NCBI GenBank assembly: GCA_951406725.2
Contig: OX597824.1
Coordinates: forward strand, 51,646,001-51,710,000
Length of the DNA: 64,000 bases
Origin: Octopus vulgaris
Taxonomy: Eukaryota
Reading direction: 5' to 3'
The notes beneath the pieces are model-generated. The model saw only the letters and a list, made by a program, of their open reading frames with translations, did not search any database and was not told the origin of the DNA. This document shows, in pieces, positions 24,525 to 43,886 of the stretch (position 1 is the stretch's first letter; each line of letters starts with the position of its first letter). A program made the position numbers and the translations under genes.

Positions 24525-25150
24525 AATATGCACCATTCAAGTGCTGTTCCTAAGTAATATCTTTTAAAGATTTGCTCCTTTAGTTAGGGGAGAATTCAGT
24601 GACCACAACTATTTACTGGGAATCTGAGACTGGTGATTAGGAAGACCTGGTTCAAAGCACTCAAGGTGGGGGTGGGGGTGGGGTTAAACTGGTTAATGCA
24701 TCAAGTACATCACTTAAGTAGGACCTGGGGGATTTGAATACAGAAACAAAGAAACTGAAACAAATATCACCAGGTGCAAGGTTTCTGGTGTGACACTCTT
24801 CTGTTTTGCCAACCTACTGCCTGGCCTGATTGAAAAGTATTTTTCTATCACAGAAAGACCATCTGATCCATCTGTGACAGAACTTAATAAAGTCTGATTA
24901 TTATATAAGGGCTACAGACAAATAACTGTTCTAGCTCTTGATTGATAGATCAATAGTCCTTCAATAGTGTTTGATGTAAATAGCCACATCCAGAGATATT
25001 GCTCATTGTTTGCTCCAATTTCCTTCTGTGACAGAAACAATATTTTTCAGTTGGGTCCTAACCTTGATTGGTACTTTTTTATTGACCCCTTTGACCTGGA
25101 AGGAATTTAAACTAAGAATGCAGTGATTGGGCCGAATACTGCAATGCACA

Positions 25151-25558
25151 CTCTTTTACTCTTTTATTTGTTTCAGTCATTTGACTGTGGCCATGCTGGA
25201 GCACCGCCTTTAGTTAAGCAAATCGACCCCGGGACTTATTCTTTGTAAGCCTAGTACTTATTCTATCAGTCTCTTTTGCTGAACCACTAAGTTCTGGGGA
25301 TGTAAACACACCAGCATCGGTTGTCAAGCGATGTTGGGGGAACAAACACAGACACACAAACACACACACACACATATATATATATACATATATATGACGG
25401 GCTTCTTTCAGTTTTCATCTACCAAATCCACTCACAAGGCTTTGGTCGGCCCAAGGCTATAGTAGAAGACACTTGCCCAAGGTGCAACACAGTGGGACTG
25501 AACCCGGAACTATGTGGTTGGTAAACAAGCTACTTACCACACAGCCACTTCTGCGCCT
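25151..25558 (-). mobile_element. tRNA-derived SINE family A (octopus OR-type-like), near-intact
   Basis: Minus strand AGGCGCAGAAGTGGCTGTGTGGTAAG...GGTTCAGTCCC (A/B boxes), central (CA)/(TA) microsatellite, tail ...GACTGAAACAAATAAAAGAGTAAAAGAG. Confidence 0.85.
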
Positions 25559-26176
25559 ATTGAATGTTTTAACAACTCTGCCAATTCACTGCCTGCTATG
25601 GTATGGTATCATATACATATGATATATGTTATAATATATATGTCACATACAATATAATGATATAAGATACACACACGCACACACACACATACATTCCAAA
25701 ATGTAACAACATGTGGATTGTTGACGATTTTTTTTTCCTCTGTCTTTCTTTTCTCTTGGACTTTCCTCTGTCTCTTGTTTCTGAAGAAGAGCTTTGCTCA
25801 AAGTATAAAAAACCCTTTCTTTCCTTTTCTGAGCATCTTATTAATACTTTGCATGTACCACATCCTTGCGTTATTGCTTTTTTTTTTGTTGTCCTTTTTT
25901 CCCCATTTTTTTTTTATTAGTGTTTTATATATATATATATGGTTAATGAGAGAGATGGAAGGTATGAGAATACAATTGTTTTAATCCATTTAGCATTGCT
26001 CCCTCACAGGTGGGTGTAGATGTGTCTCTTTGGGTGGTAAATAGATATAACCTATTAAAATAACAGTTCCACAAGGTATCTTCTCAGTTCATGTAAAGAA
26101 AATCAAATTGAAGGATGTAGCTTCATTTATATAGAAGATCAATAATAAAAAATAACAGATGCAAAAAAACAAAAAC

Positions 26177-26740
26177 AAATACACAATACAGTGAAAAAAG
26201 CATTAAATATAACCATTAATGGATATGGATGTATAAACGCCCTTGCATAGATTGTATGGTACATGTACACTCACTCATACAATCATCCACAATGATGTAA
26301 GCATATGATTATGTGTGGTTTGGCACACATATGTTCACATAGCAGATTAAATAGCTACTGGGTGTTTATAAGAATAGGGAGGTTAGGAATAAATTTAATT
26401 CATCCATACCATAAGGAGAATTATGATTATTAATTAAGTTAACAGTTTCTTAAATTCATTCCCACTGCATTGTGTGAAAGTGCATTTATATGCATGTAAG
26501 CATCTTGAGAGTCTTTCAGAAAATCTATTAAGGATCTTCTTGTTGATCCACAGAATAGACAAGGATTCCTCAGAGCAGATTCAGTATTTCCTGGAAATGA
26601 TGTTATATGGTTTTGTGTGCCTTACTATGGATGTTTGTATGAGTGAGTGTAAATGCACCCTACAACTTACATGAGGGTGTTTATACATCCATATCCTTTA
26701 ACGGTTATACTTAATACATTTTTGCTGTATTGTGTGTTTG
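26177..26740. repeat. Old inverted-repeat element (about 115 bp arms, about 330 bp spacer)
   Basis: GGATATGGATGTATAAACGCCC...ACACTCACTCATACA vs TGTATGAGTGAGTGT...GGGTGTTTATACATCCATATCC. Confidence 0.6.
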
Positions 26741-27297
26741 TTACTTTTTTGCATCTATTTTTATTATTGGTCTATATTAAAGGTTCTTAACAGGGGCCAT
26801 TTGGAGCTCGGTGGGGGTGGTTGGGAGCAATGGGGCACTAAGTGGGCGTTAAAAGACTTGGGGTGGGGTCTAGGGGGGCACTTGAAGACCCTCAACTTTG
26901 GTAAGTTTAATTTGAAATTAACTAGTAGTGGCCATATTTTCACATATCTATGACAGTCTGTTTAAAAAAAACGTCTTTTTGTTTCAAGTTATAAAAGCTT
27001 AAAACATTTTTCCACTTTAGTGATACCAAGCAAATTCCTGGTACCATGTGTAATTAGTGTCACTAAAGTGAAACCCCCAAAATACAAACAAAAACTAAAA
27101 ACAGATGAATAGTGACAGACGGCTAAAAGAAAAAACATGTAATGAATAAAATCGAAATTTGGGAGTGGCTGATAGGTATATATTTGTGTATATGTGTGTA
27201 TGTATGGGTATGTTTGTATGTATATGATTGCATGTGTTGTTTTGAATTCCTTTCTGTGATTGAACTTAAACTGACTCCTGGCTATTAAAGATCCAAC

Positions 27298-27368
<71 letters not shown>

Positions 27369-27840
27369 TAGGTTTTGTACCCGTTTGAACTGACCACACA
27401 AGATAACATGGTAAGTTTTATGTTCTGAAATTTAAATTTTGAATTTGTTTGTTTTAATTGTAAAATTACACCTCTGCTAAAAACACATCTTTTGGCTTCT
27501 GGGAAACAGAACCTTTTCTTTCTCTTTGTATATTTTTTGTTAAGTTAGAATTTCTCTGTTTTGGTCAGGATTTTCCAATTTCCTGTATCAAGCAATGGAC
27601 AGAAGCAGTTAAAATAAATTAAATTCATAGAGCCGAACAAAATCATTTTCCCTTTCCTTAATAACTAACAAGAGCATAGTATGAGGGAGATTTGGCTGTT
27701 ATTTCTAGCAGATTGAACAACCACACAGTACCTGATTAGCTCATTTGTTGATGTGTATAAGTCAACAAAAATTAAAGGAAAAACAAATACTAGCACACAC
27801 ACACACACGTGTGTGTGTGTGTGTGTATATATATATATGG

Positions 27841-28855
27841 CATAACTACAGATTTCCGCCCACCACCAACTTTGGATCATCACAACTTTCAGAAAAATGG
27901 ATATTTTTTAATGAAATTTTCTATGAATATGTGTTATATCATGTAGATTCTGAATATATAATTTTTGGGGAAAGTGCTTTAGGAGTGGGTGAGGTGGGGA
28001 ATTTCTGAAAATTCACTGGAGTCCACTTCAATTCGTCTTAAGAAAATGGACAGGGTGTTTTGGAACAAGTCGTCCATAATTCTTTCATTTTCTCTGTTTT
28101 GTGCGTTTGTGCACCCGTAGATTTCTACTGAAGCAACAAACAGGTAATGAAAACAAATGAAGCCCTCACCAGAAAACTTATGCTAAAAATAACAGCTAAC
28201 GGTCTGGTACACAGAAATATGTTAAGATGATGACTTATCTGTTGCATATGATATTTTTTTTCACTTTAAGTAAATTCACAGGTAAATGTTTCTAGTAGAA
28301 AAGCAGAAGAGACCAGAAGCAAAAATAAGGAATATACATGCACAGTTAAATATAGAAGTGTATAGTATAATTTGTTACATAACCTCTATAATAAACATGA
28401 TAGTGAATGGAATAATTCCCCATATGAACTTTTTTAATTACATATATGTGTGTGTGTGCGGTAGAAATCTATGGCTGCACAAATGCACAAAACGGAGAAA
28501 ATGAAGCAAATATGGACAATTTGTTCTGAAACACCCCCAAGTGGGGGATGGTTCTCAAAAATTACTCTCAATTGTTATCCCCCTCCAAATTTCTATTTCC
28601 TCAGAATCTACATAGTCCGAGGTATATTTGTACAGAATTTTATTTAAAAATATCTATTTTCTTGAAAGTTAAGATGAATTGATGTGGACTCTGGTGAATT
28701 TTCGGAAATTCTCCACCTCCTCATAAAACACTTTCCCCACCAAATTTTGTATATTTAGAATCTACATGATATAATACATATTTGTAGAAAATTTCATTTT
28801 TCTGGAAGTTATGGTCATCCAAAGTCGTGAGGTGGGGTCAGAAATCTGTAGTTAT
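27841..28855. mobile_element. Foldback/long-TIR non-autonomous element (about 1 kb)
   Basis: About 27841-28050 is a diverged reverse complement of about 28650-28855, and about 28055-28128 of about 28460-28532. Confidence 0.75.
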
Positions 28856-28866
28856 ATATGTATATA

Positions 28867-29523
28867 TCATCATCGCCATCGTTTAATGTCCACTTTCTAT
28901 GCAGCCATGAATTGGATGGTTTGACTGAGGACTGGCGAGCGAGAAGGCTGCAGCAGGCTGCAATCTGATCTGGTACAGTTTCTATAGCTGGATGCCCTTT
29001 CTAACGCCAACCACTCCTAGAGTATAGTGGGTGCTTTTATGTGCCACCAGCACAAGGGCCAGTCAGGCAGTACTGGCAACGACTATGCTCAAATGGTGTT
29101 TTTTATGTGCCACCTGCACAGGAGCCAGTCCGGCAGCACTGGCAATGACCATGCTCACATGTTGGTTTCTACGTGCCACCAGTATGCTGCCAGTAAGGCA
29201 ACGCTGGCAACAATCACACTCGAATTGTGCTTTTTATGTGCCACTGGCATGGGAGCCAGTTAGACAGTACTGTCATCGGCCACATCAGTGATTTTGATTT
29301 CACTTGCCTCAACAGGTCTTCGCAAGCAAAGTTTATTGTCCAATGAATGAGGAGTACTCATAAGCTGGCTGGTTATACACCACTGGCATAGGCCATGGGT
29401 TATGGTCTCACTTGGCTTGCCAGGTCTTCTTGCGCACAACATATCTCCAAAGGTCTCGGCCTCTTGTCATTGCCTCGGTGTAGTCCAATGTTTGAAGGTC
29501 TTGCTTCACCACTTCCTCCGAGG
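28867..29523 (-). mobile_element. RTE LINE 3' fragment (ORF end + 3' UTR)
   Basis: Reverse complement matches 2400-2990 (EVVKQDL.TL...RDL motif, UTR subrepeats, GAT tail). Confidence 0.85.
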
Positions 29524-30234
29524 TATTTAAAAAAATTATTTGGAAATTATAAAGAGAAATGAATGATAGATTCAGACTGTCTGTATTTTAAAACCACGAA
29601 TTAAAAAAAACAATTTGTGTGTCAAATTTTTTCTCCAGATGTTTATGGCTTCATAGAAACTGCATCAAGATAACCAATCGTCAATTTTTTTTACTTCCTT
29701 TTAAAAAATGCAGTTTTGTGAACGAAACAAACTAGATCCTGAATAAGAAATGAATGTTTAATATGACAAATTTTCAGATTTTTTTACACCGTTTTAAAAG
29801 AGGGCTGATTTTGTGTCTCAAATTAACTAGATCCAAGTACAGTGAATACCATCCTCCACAATTTGCTACTCATATGAAGTACATATGTATTTCAACAATT
29901 TCTATCAACTATACTCTCTTTCTTTAGCATAAAAATTCCTCTTCCCGGGTGACAGTAACTTATATGTCCGATTGTTGCACAAGTTCTAGCTGTTTGATAA
30001 GGGAAATCAGAAACGTTTGAAATGATTTCATTTGCATTTACTTGTACCAAAGAGCACTCTTTCGATAGACAACACGTTGATCTCATAAGTTCATGTGGTG
30101 GAAATAAATGCAGTTACCAAACTTTCAAATTGTTTTCTCCTCTCCTTAATTTTATATTGCTGAAGCTCTATCAGAGTGCTACTCGGTTGAGCTGTATAAA
30201 GTGGATATCACTTATTACTTCATTATATATATAT

Positions 30235-30620
30235 AGGCACAGGTGTGGGTGTGTGGTAAGAAGCTTGTTTTTTAACCACATGGTTCTGGATTCAGTCCCA
30301 CTGAGTAACACCTTGGGAAAGTGTCTTCTACTATAGCCACAGGCTGACCAATGCCTTATGAGTGGATTTGGTAGATGGAAACTGTCTGTCTGTCTATCTA
30401 TCCATATATGTGTCTTTGTGTCTGTGTTTCCCCCCCCCTCCACTACTGCTTAACCAGTGTTGGTGTGTTTACATCTGCATAACTTTGTGGTTTGGGAAAA
30501 GAGACTGACAAAATAAATAGCAGGCTTAAAAAATAAGCACTGAGGTCAATTCATTTGACTATAAATTTAAGGTGGTACCCCAGCATGGCCGTTGTCTAAT
30601 GACTGAAACAAGTAAAAGAT
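30235..30620 (+). mobile_element. SINE family A, full length
   Basis: Same head, body and tail motifs. Confidence 0.8.
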
Positions 30621-31438
30621 ATATATTTATATATATATATATGATTGATCTATTATAAAATATGGTAAATAATATGTATTATATACCATATAATATATGT
30701 GATATACTCAAGAAAATGTGCATATATATATTGATACATAATTAATCAATATAGGGTGGCAAAAAAAATTTTGTAGCAACATCACATGATACATGTAAAA
30801 TGCATATCAATGTGTGTGAAGAATCAATATAATTTTATATGACTGTGTATATAACTTTGTGTATGTACATATTTGTATAAAATATATGTACGTGTGTGTG
30901 TGTGTGTGTGTATGCACATGTTTGTGTATATACACAAATATATTCCTTTCAAGCTATCAAAGTATAACAACCATAAAAGCAATGACTATTATGAATAAAC
31001 AAGCATTAACACTTTCTTCTTGTGTGTATGTGTGTGTGTGTATCCATATATATACATATGTATGTATATATATTCTCCTCCCTCTTGTTGGTTATATTGC
31101 TATACTGTATTTTCTTTGCATGCATCCACCTACACAACCTTCTGCCATTCTTATTTGACCCTGTTTACCTTCTCACATCTCCTCCAACTGCTAACACCTG
31201 CAACTTTCACTACAGCAGCCTATTTACATATCTATCTGCCAATGTACCAATGTACCTATCTAAACCCCTAACCATATAATCCAGTCTGTGAATGTGGACC
31301 AGAGACAAAAGTCATGGGGGTGTAGTTATTAATATTGTGTATACACTCTCACACATAAAAATGTGTATATATTTGCATGTGTGTATGTAAATATATGTGT
31401 TTGTAAATGTATGTGTGTGTGTGTGTGTATAATATATG

Positions 31439-31479
<41 letters not shown>

Positions 31480-31542
31480 TTTATTTAAAGCAGCAGAAAA
31501 TTCAACAAAACCTGTTACTCTGAGTTTCCCATTCCCGTTCCC

Positions 31543-35816
<4,274 letters not shown>

Positions 35817-35839
35817 TTTTTGTGTGTGTATATATATAC

Positions 35840-35971
<132 letters not shown>

Positions 35972-35986
35972 ATGTATATATATATA

Positions 35987-36052
<66 letters not shown>

Positions 36053-36054
36053 GA

Positions 36055-36263
36055 GGCGCAATGGCCTAGTGGTTAGGGCAGCGGACTCGCGGTCCCAGGA
36101 TCGTGGTTTCGATTCTCAGACCGGGCGTTGTGTGTGTTTATTGAGCGAAAACACCTAAAAGCTCTACGAGGCTCCGGCAGGGGGTGGTGATCCCTGCTGT
36201 ACTCTTTCACCACAATGGCGGTGCCCCATATGGCCACAGCTCAAGAGCTGAAACTGGAAAAAC
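36055..36263 (+). mobile_element. tRNA-derived SINE family C (young, CpG-rich) within the TA array
   Basis: A box TGGCCTAGTGG, B box GGTTTCGATTC; 3' tail resembles family A tail (CATATGGCCACAG...CTGAAAC); A-rich end. Confidence 0.75.
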
Positions 36264-36275
36264 AAAAAAAAAAAA

Positions 36276-36383
<108 letters not shown>

Positions 36384-36477
36384 TTGGCGCGAGTGCGACG
36401 ATTTGAAAATTTTAGGTCAGATATTGCCGAGGTAGCAAGAGGAATGCCTCGGGAAAAATATCTGTTCCGACTTGGCT

Positions 36478-36584
36478 ATTTCTTACTGATGAGTCTAAGG
36501 GCCTATGGTGGATTGGCTTGATTTAATTTAATCAGGTTAGTTTACCATTAAACGGTAGATGAAACGGTGCATCGTCTAAGAAAT
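36478..36584 (+). ncRNA. Type I hammerhead ribozyme motif
   Basis: Stem I ATTTCTTA (36478-85)/TAAGAAAT (36577-84); core CTGATGA (36486-92); stem II GTCTA/TAGAT around a long insert; GAAA (36561-64); near-palindromic stem III CGGTGCATCG; GTC cleavage triplet (cut after 36576). Confidence 0.8.
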
Positions 36585-36701
36585 TACAGGGTAAAAGTTT
36601 TCAATTTTCTCCTGGTTTACGGAATTAATGTTATTTTGCGGTTAAAGCTTTTGGCTGTTATTTCTAGTGGGTGAATGGCCTATTATGGCCGTTCCTTGAT
36701 T

Positions 36702-37078
<377 letters not shown>

Positions 37079-37169
37079 TATATATATATATGTTTCATAT
37101 CTTATATATTTAACAAGAATTGTATTAGCATTTATACATTTAGGCAGGTTTAAAGGAGTGGTGGTGGGG

Positions 37170-37458
<289 letters not shown>

Positions 37459-37574
37459 ATGGATATCGACGGCTTATATTTATTATATATATATTTGGCG
37501 CGAGTATTTGAAAATTTTAGGTATATAACCTTAGGTCGGAAATGCCTCGTGAAAATATCTGTTATACTTGGGCT

Positions 37575-37666
37575 ATTTCTTACTGAAGAATCTGAGGGCC
37601 TATGGAATATTTGCTTATATATCAGGTTATATATCAGCAGATGATACGGTATATCGTATAAGATAT
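37575..37666 (+). ncRNA. Second, partly degenerate hammerhead of the same repeat
   Basis: ATTTCTTA-CTGAAGA-ATCTG...CAGAT-GATA-CGGTATATCG-TA-TAAGATAT; GAAA changed to GATA. Confidence 0.62.
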
Positions 37667-37773
37667 TACAGGGTAAATATATAAATTTTCTCCTGGTTTA
37701 CGGAATTAATTTTATTTGCGGTTGAATGGCTGTTATTTCTAGTGGGTGAATATATATGGCCGTTCCTTATTGT

Positions 37774-38419
<646 letters not shown>

Positions 38420-38421
38420 CC

Positions 38422-38689
<268 letters not shown>

Positions 38690-38703
38690 GTATATATATA
38701 TAC

Positions 38704-38775
<72 letters not shown>

Positions 38776-39768
38776 GTATATATATATATATATGTGTTAT
38801 GGCTTGCAAAAGAGCCTTAGCATAAAACTCATACTTAAGAGAGATATATTAAGAAATATATCTGTATTTAGCTCCCCGCTTTCACAGTTCTCTCTTCTGT
38901 ATATAGGACAATATATACACACCCTGAATTATGTGAGTGTTGCAATGCTTGTTCGCTGTGTATTTTCCATAAAAATGCATCTTAATTGAAGATTTCTTCA
39001 TTGGTTTGGTGTCAAGAAATGTTTAAAACCACAATTGCATTCATCAGCTTTTGATAGCATGGACCAGCTGAAACTTTACACATGAATTTTCATTGCTAAT
39101 GTTCAAAAGTATCAGAAACCTTTGGCTCTAAAATTAAATGAATATTTTTCTATATTTATAATGTGTTTATGTGTATATCTCTCATGACAAAAGGGATCGG
39201 GAGATACAGGAGTGATATTTTGGACAACAGGCCATATGTAAGCTATAGAGTAGATTTGTGCATGGTTCTAGTTCCCCAAGACAGATATGTTGAAGGTAAC
39301 ATGATGATGGAATTGTACAGCATTAGAAGATATGCAACCCTGGAATATCTTGAATAAGTTTTCACTCACAAACATAATCAGGCCTCACCACTATCACATT
39401 CTTATCATCACCACCTGTGTATGTCAGGAATGTGGAGGAATAAATGACCACCCATCCTTATAACTAATGACATTTTCACATAATGGATATGAAATGTAAA
39501 CTACAAGCTACACTCTTAACCAAGACCTTCATTGTTGCACTGTAATAGTAAAACATTAACTCAACACCACCACCATTACTACTACTCAGAGCCACATTAG
39601 CAGCATTATAGGCTCCTGAGAAAATCAGTGCATTGGGCCTCTGAGCAACTGCCCAGTGTATCTGTGCCTTAAGATGATACAACTACCATTACTACTACCT
39701 TAAGAATTCTTGTATCACCACCAGTATACATTCTTGTTTATATTGCTAACAGGGAGATAAAGCCTTGC

Positions 39769-40395
39769 CATTACCAGTGTCAAGACCACCAGACCACATG
39801 ATTTTGACCTTCCTTAGTCTTGTCAATGATGGTCACTTGACCACTAGAGATAACAGCAACTCATTTCCCTCCCAGAAATCTATAGAAAAACAGTACCAGA
39901 ACAGATGCTGGCATTGCGATTAGCCAGTGATCTTGGTAAAAAAATATATATTTGTGACATAGGCAGTATCAATACCAAGAGGTAATATTTATTTCCACAT
40001 GGATTGCCATGAAAAAAACTTCTCATATTGACTTTTTGGTGCAAAATGCACTCTTGTCTATATCGCTACTTCCCAGTTACAGTGCCAAGACCACCCAATC
40101 ATGTAATTTCAACCTTCCTTGGTTTCGTCAGTGATGGACACTCAGCTGCTAGAGATAGCAGCAACTCATCTCCCTGTCACCGATATATAGAAAAAAGTGC
40201 CAGAACAGGAGCTGGTGTTGTGATTATCCAGTGAGCTTGTTAAAAAATATACATTAGCAACAAAGGCAGTATTAATTCCAAGAGATAATATTTATCCTCA
40301 CTCAAACATCGATGTTCTGTTAGAACAAACTATACTGCGACAGATACTTTGAGAGAAACTTTCATATTGGCTTTTGGTGCAAAATAGCATCTCAG
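39769..40395 (+). repeat. Old tandem duplication of about 300 bp
   Basis: 39769-40060 aligns with 40072-40395 (e.g. CAAGACCACC, CTAGAGATA.CAGCAACTCAT, TTTTGGTGCAAAAT). Confidence 0.7.
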
Positions 40396-42029
40396 CTATC
40401 ATCACAATACAACAACTATGGTACCACCTCCGCTATGGCATTATAATAGCAGAAGAATAACTCCTCTACCACCATAACTAATACAACACTCCTGTGACAT
40501 GTGATAAGGGAAGAGTTTCTGTGTGGTAGCTCAACTTGCTAGAAATAAGTCACAATTGAATTAAGTGGAATAATCATTGTTAAAATTGATGAAGACCCAT
40601 GTACTTTTTATGTCTGCATATGTTTGCTATGCGTTTAAATTGAGTTTGTTGGAATGCTGTTAATATGAATCAGTAATTCCTCAATCATTTGGTTTGATGG
40701 CCATGATGATGATGGTGATAGTTCTTAACACTGAACCTAGAGTTGTCTTCTTTTGATTAAGCAGATTCTCAGCTGTATCTATTTTGTACATTACCTCACA
40801 CCTAACCCAAAATATCACACTCTCACACAAAACATACCCAGCAGTACTTGGGTACTTGCTCAGCAAGTACCCAAGTACCAAGTACAGCACAGTACTCTAG
40901 CCCCACCACCTTGTTTTCTACTTTTCAACACCACAAGTAACAGAAGTAGCATTACCACCAAGAAAACCATCCTGCCACCGCCACCACCACATTGATCACT
41001 AATAACCATTCTTATTACTACAGCTGCCACCACCACCACCACTATCTCCTGTACCAAAACTACCATCACCACCTTCACATAACACTGCTCTCAGTATCAG
41101 TGTTACTAAAACCAGCACCACCATCTTCATCATCATCATTACCTTCATCACCATCATGACTACCATCACCTCTTCCACAGTCTTAGTTCAAGCTTCACTG
41201 GGATCAGTAGATTTGCTCTGAACACCTGTGTTCTTCACTCCCTCTTTCCTTTTTAATCTCTCTCTCTCTCTCATTCTCTTTCACTCTCTCTTTTTCTTTA
41301 TTGCTCTTTCATTCCATCAGTCTTTTGTTGGGGGTATTATGTGTGTGTGTGTGTGTGTGTGTTTTTTTTTGTTGTTTGTTTTATTATTTTGGGGTTGGTG
41401 GGGAATTTGGGGAGTTTGTTGGGTCATGGTGTGGTAGTGTGGAGTATGGACGGTTGTGCTAGTTCTGCCCTCCTGTTTCCCTTGAGTCACAGCTGCTAAT
41501 ATTGCAAACGTGAGCTGCCATGATGGATCTACTGTGTAACTTCAACTACATGTGTGTGTGTCTCTCTCTCTCTATATGTGTGTGTCTATGTGTGTGTCTG
41601 TGTGTATGTGTATCTGTGTGCATGTCTGTGGTGTTTGTGTGTGTGTCTATATATGCGTGCATCTGTGTGTGTCAATATGTGTATATGTGTGTGTGTGTAT
41701 CTCAAAACATACTTCATATGGTGTACCTTTTATTGCGTAGTATGTCTTCAGCACAATATGTCATGGTATGGCTGTGTTTCCAGTAGTGTATGGCGTTATT
41801 TCGGCATTATATTTTATTGCTGTTGATGCCCAAGTCTGCTCTGTAATCAGACATTGCAGCCATGACCATCACCTCCTTTATGTATGACCATCACTCCTGC
41901 ATTCTCCAAAGTGTTGTTCCTTTTTTAAGATGCAAGAATATGACTTAAGAATTTGGTTGCTATTTCTTGTGGGTCATGTAAAGCCTCCCTCTCTGACTCA
42001 ACTGTGCTGTCTAATGATTGTGGTATGTA

Positions 42030-42444
42030 TCTTTTATTTGTTTCAGTCATTAGACTATGGCCATGCTGGAGCACCGCTTTGAAGAATATTTTGTCAAATT
42101 AATTGACTCTAGTAACTATGTTTTTTTTTTTCAAATCCTGATACTTATTCTATTGGTTTCATTTACTGAACCAAGTTATAGGGACATAAACACACCAACA
42201 AGCAGTGGTGGGTTACAAACATATGCACATACATGTGTACATATATATATATATAGGGAGAGTTTACGAAAAAAACAAACAGATGTATTAGTATAATGCT
42301 CAGGAATAGAAAAAGTCTTTCAATACATACATACACAGCAGGCTTCTTTCAGTTTCCATTTCCCAATCCACTCACAAGACTGGCTGAACATGGAACCATG
42401 TGGTTGGGAAGTAAACCTCTTACCAACACACCCATACCTACACC
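42030..42444 (-). mobile_element. SINE family A with deletions and a short insert
   Basis: Same motifs on the minus strand. Confidence 0.72.
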
Positions 42445-42759
42445 TTTCCAAGCAAAACTAGACCAGTATGATGATCTCACTCACTGGGGTGGTTATCTCT
42501 CCAGTATATGCATAATGTGCTTCCTGTGACTATAAGGGCTTTTAGCTCATATTTCTAGCAACGTAGATGCTACCCTGCACCATCAGTCACAATTAATGAC
42601 AATTGAATTTTGCCTTTTTGGTTTTGTATTGTGCATAGTCACCTTTGTTATTGTCATATATATATATATATCAATCAATCAAACTTTTAACAAATAAATC
42701 TTTAAATAATGCCATATAAATATTGGGTTAAAAAAACGCTTTGGACAGAATAACATCAA

Positions 42760-42831
42760 TGGCTGCCTGTGAGATTTGAACTCACATCTTCAGTAATTAT
42801 GACAGTTATTCACTATTGGATCAAAGCAGTC
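42760..42831 (-). pseudogene. Degenerate tRNA(Met-like) relic
   Basis: Minus strand GACTGCT...TCATAAT..CTGAAGAT GTGAG-TTCAAAT-CTCAC A GGCAGCC A: perfect T-stem, imperfect acceptor stem, broken D and anticodon arms. Confidence 0.45.
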
Positions 42832-43028
42832 CTTCAAATTTCTCTGTCTATTCGTATGACATCAAGAACAGCATGCACATGCATGCACACACATGGTTAA
42901 CTGTTATTCCACTATGTTATGTTATGTCTTCTATGCAGTATGCTTTCAATAGGAAAGTTTTATGCTCTGCTAAAAATGCTCTTATGTCATATGTCCATGG
43001 TATGGATATATTTTCAATGTGGCATGGT

Positions 43029-43480
43029 AGGTTTCCACAAAACTGTTTAAGTACCCCATATAACCCCTCAACTTTTTTATTGTTTGGAATTTTCAGAAAT
43101 TTTTTTCTACACACAAGAATTCATACAATTATGCAAAAAATTTTTTTGTTAATTTTGAACCCCACCATCATAAATCCTAAAATTTCCACTGTTTTTCATT
43201 TTTTTAAAATCAGTTTAAAATACAAGCAAGTCTGAATTTTTTGCTTAAATGTGTTTATGCGGAGAAAAATATTGAAAAAACATCCATATATATCTAAATG
43301 ACAAAGAAATGTGGAAGGTATCAGGTGGTCGTGGGATGTGCTTGAAACAACAGCTAAATCACCCTTAAATCACACACACAACTTGTTTTTGCATAATCAT
43401 ATGAATTCACAAACATTTTCTTAAAAGCCTCCAAAATAAAAAAAGGGGTTATATGGGGTGCTTAAACCAGAATTCCACCT
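43029..43480. mobile_element. MITE with terminal/subterminal inverted repeats
   Basis: TTTAAGTACCCCATATAACCCCT near the left end vs AGGGGTTATATGGGGTGCTTAAA near the right end; AGGT...ACCT termini. Confidence 0.55.
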
Positions 43481-43886
43481 ATTTTCTACTTTGATATGTT
43501 TTTAACATGATATGGTATGTTTCCAGTATGTCATGGTATGACATATTTATTTTTATATCATATTATCTATTAGCTGTGTTGTGTATTCTTTTAGTATCAC
43601 AAAATTTTGCTGTGGGATGGTATAGTGTATCTTTGTTTATATAGGATGATGTAGTTTTAAATGCAATGTTATTATCACTTTGAATAGGCTAAAAGCATGT
43701 TCAGACCTGTAAACAAGCCATTCACTGTGTTTTGTCATGAAGAAAATTTCTTGCTGTAGATATAGTATAAATACACCCAAATCAGCTTGATATAGTTGTA
43801 TATAGCATAGTATAGTGTTATGTTTTCTTTCATTATGTCTTGTTATCTATTGCTTCTGATGTGGTTTGGAATGATATGTTTGTCAG

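Noticed and set aside
36055-36127. tRNA-like sequence as a functional tRNA gene
   Set aside because: Acceptor stem does not close and it continues into a SINE body and tail.
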